From Trichinella spiralis (Eukaryota): DNA of 38,221 nucleotides. The position numbers and the translations under genes were made by a program. The first letter of the stretch is position 1. The number at the start of each line of letters is the position of its first letter. Positions 37,748 to 38,221 of the stretch are shown one piece after another. The notes beneath the pieces were generated by a model. The model saw only the letters and a program-made list of their open reading frames with translations, did not search any database and had not been told where the DNA came from. Where the stretch lies: positions 8,906,858 to 8,945,078 of the forward strand of contig NW_003526941.1 in assembly GCF_000181795.1 (NCBI RefSeq), written 5' to 3'.

Positions 37748-38221
37748 TTAATTAATTAATTGTACAACATTGAAAAAAGGGGTATTGTGTTGTTGTTTTA
37801 CGCAGAGTTTTGCACAAATGTATGGAAATTTGTAGAATCTGCTGAAAATGATGTACTACTGGTGAGTCACAGTTAGAAGCTTTGTAAAGTAAACAGTAAT
37901 ATAAAGTATTTCTACCAGTGTGCATGTTGTTGTTGTTGTTGTTTGATTTTTGTTTTCCAAAGATTAATCATAATGTAAAGTATAAGTGAAGTTATTTGAG
38001 AGAAGAACGATGTTGGAAATTTATACCACGAAAATCTATGTATGCAAATTATTATAATGCGGTAAAATATTTGTTTTTTTTTTTTAATTGTTGCTAGTCC
38101 AATTGTTGTTTACTTTTTTTTGCAATTGTTATGGAAGGAAAAAAAATAATTTTTTTTTAAAATCATTTTTATCTTTAATAATATTATAAATTTCACTTGA
38201 TGATATGCTTAAAAAGTGTTG

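Noticed and set aside
34000..38221. Possible genes in the final ~4 kb
   Set aside because: AT-rich with no coherent exon chain or recognisable product. Treated as upstream or intergenic DNA of the bZIP gene.

Overview
AT-rich eukaryotic genomic DNA with short spliceosomal introns, most likely from a Trichinella-like (clade I) nematode. The organism is an inference from composition, intron size and gene content. Four intact multi-exon protein genes were reconstructed by hand. (1) A minus-strand GPI-anchored Ly-6-related ODR-2/HOT-family gene spread over long introns (8506-16551), with several phase-compatible candidate alternative first exons. (2) Nucleoporin Nup214/npp-14 (+, 22220-27339). 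(3) A retinol/sterol-type short-chain dehydrogenase (-, 27561-28968). (4) A CES-2-like PAR-bZIP transcription factor (-, 32637-33426). A decayed, internally deleted BEL/Pao LTR retrotransposon lies between the Ly-6 gene and Nup214. The first ~6 kb has no recognisable protein gene. It holds a ~195-nt GC-rich, almost fully base-paired island (4278-4472, candidate unclassified structured RNA), scattered minus-strand splice-flanked mini-exons, and a probable false duplication across a 10-N assembly gap. No rRNA, tRNA or CRISPR array was recognised.
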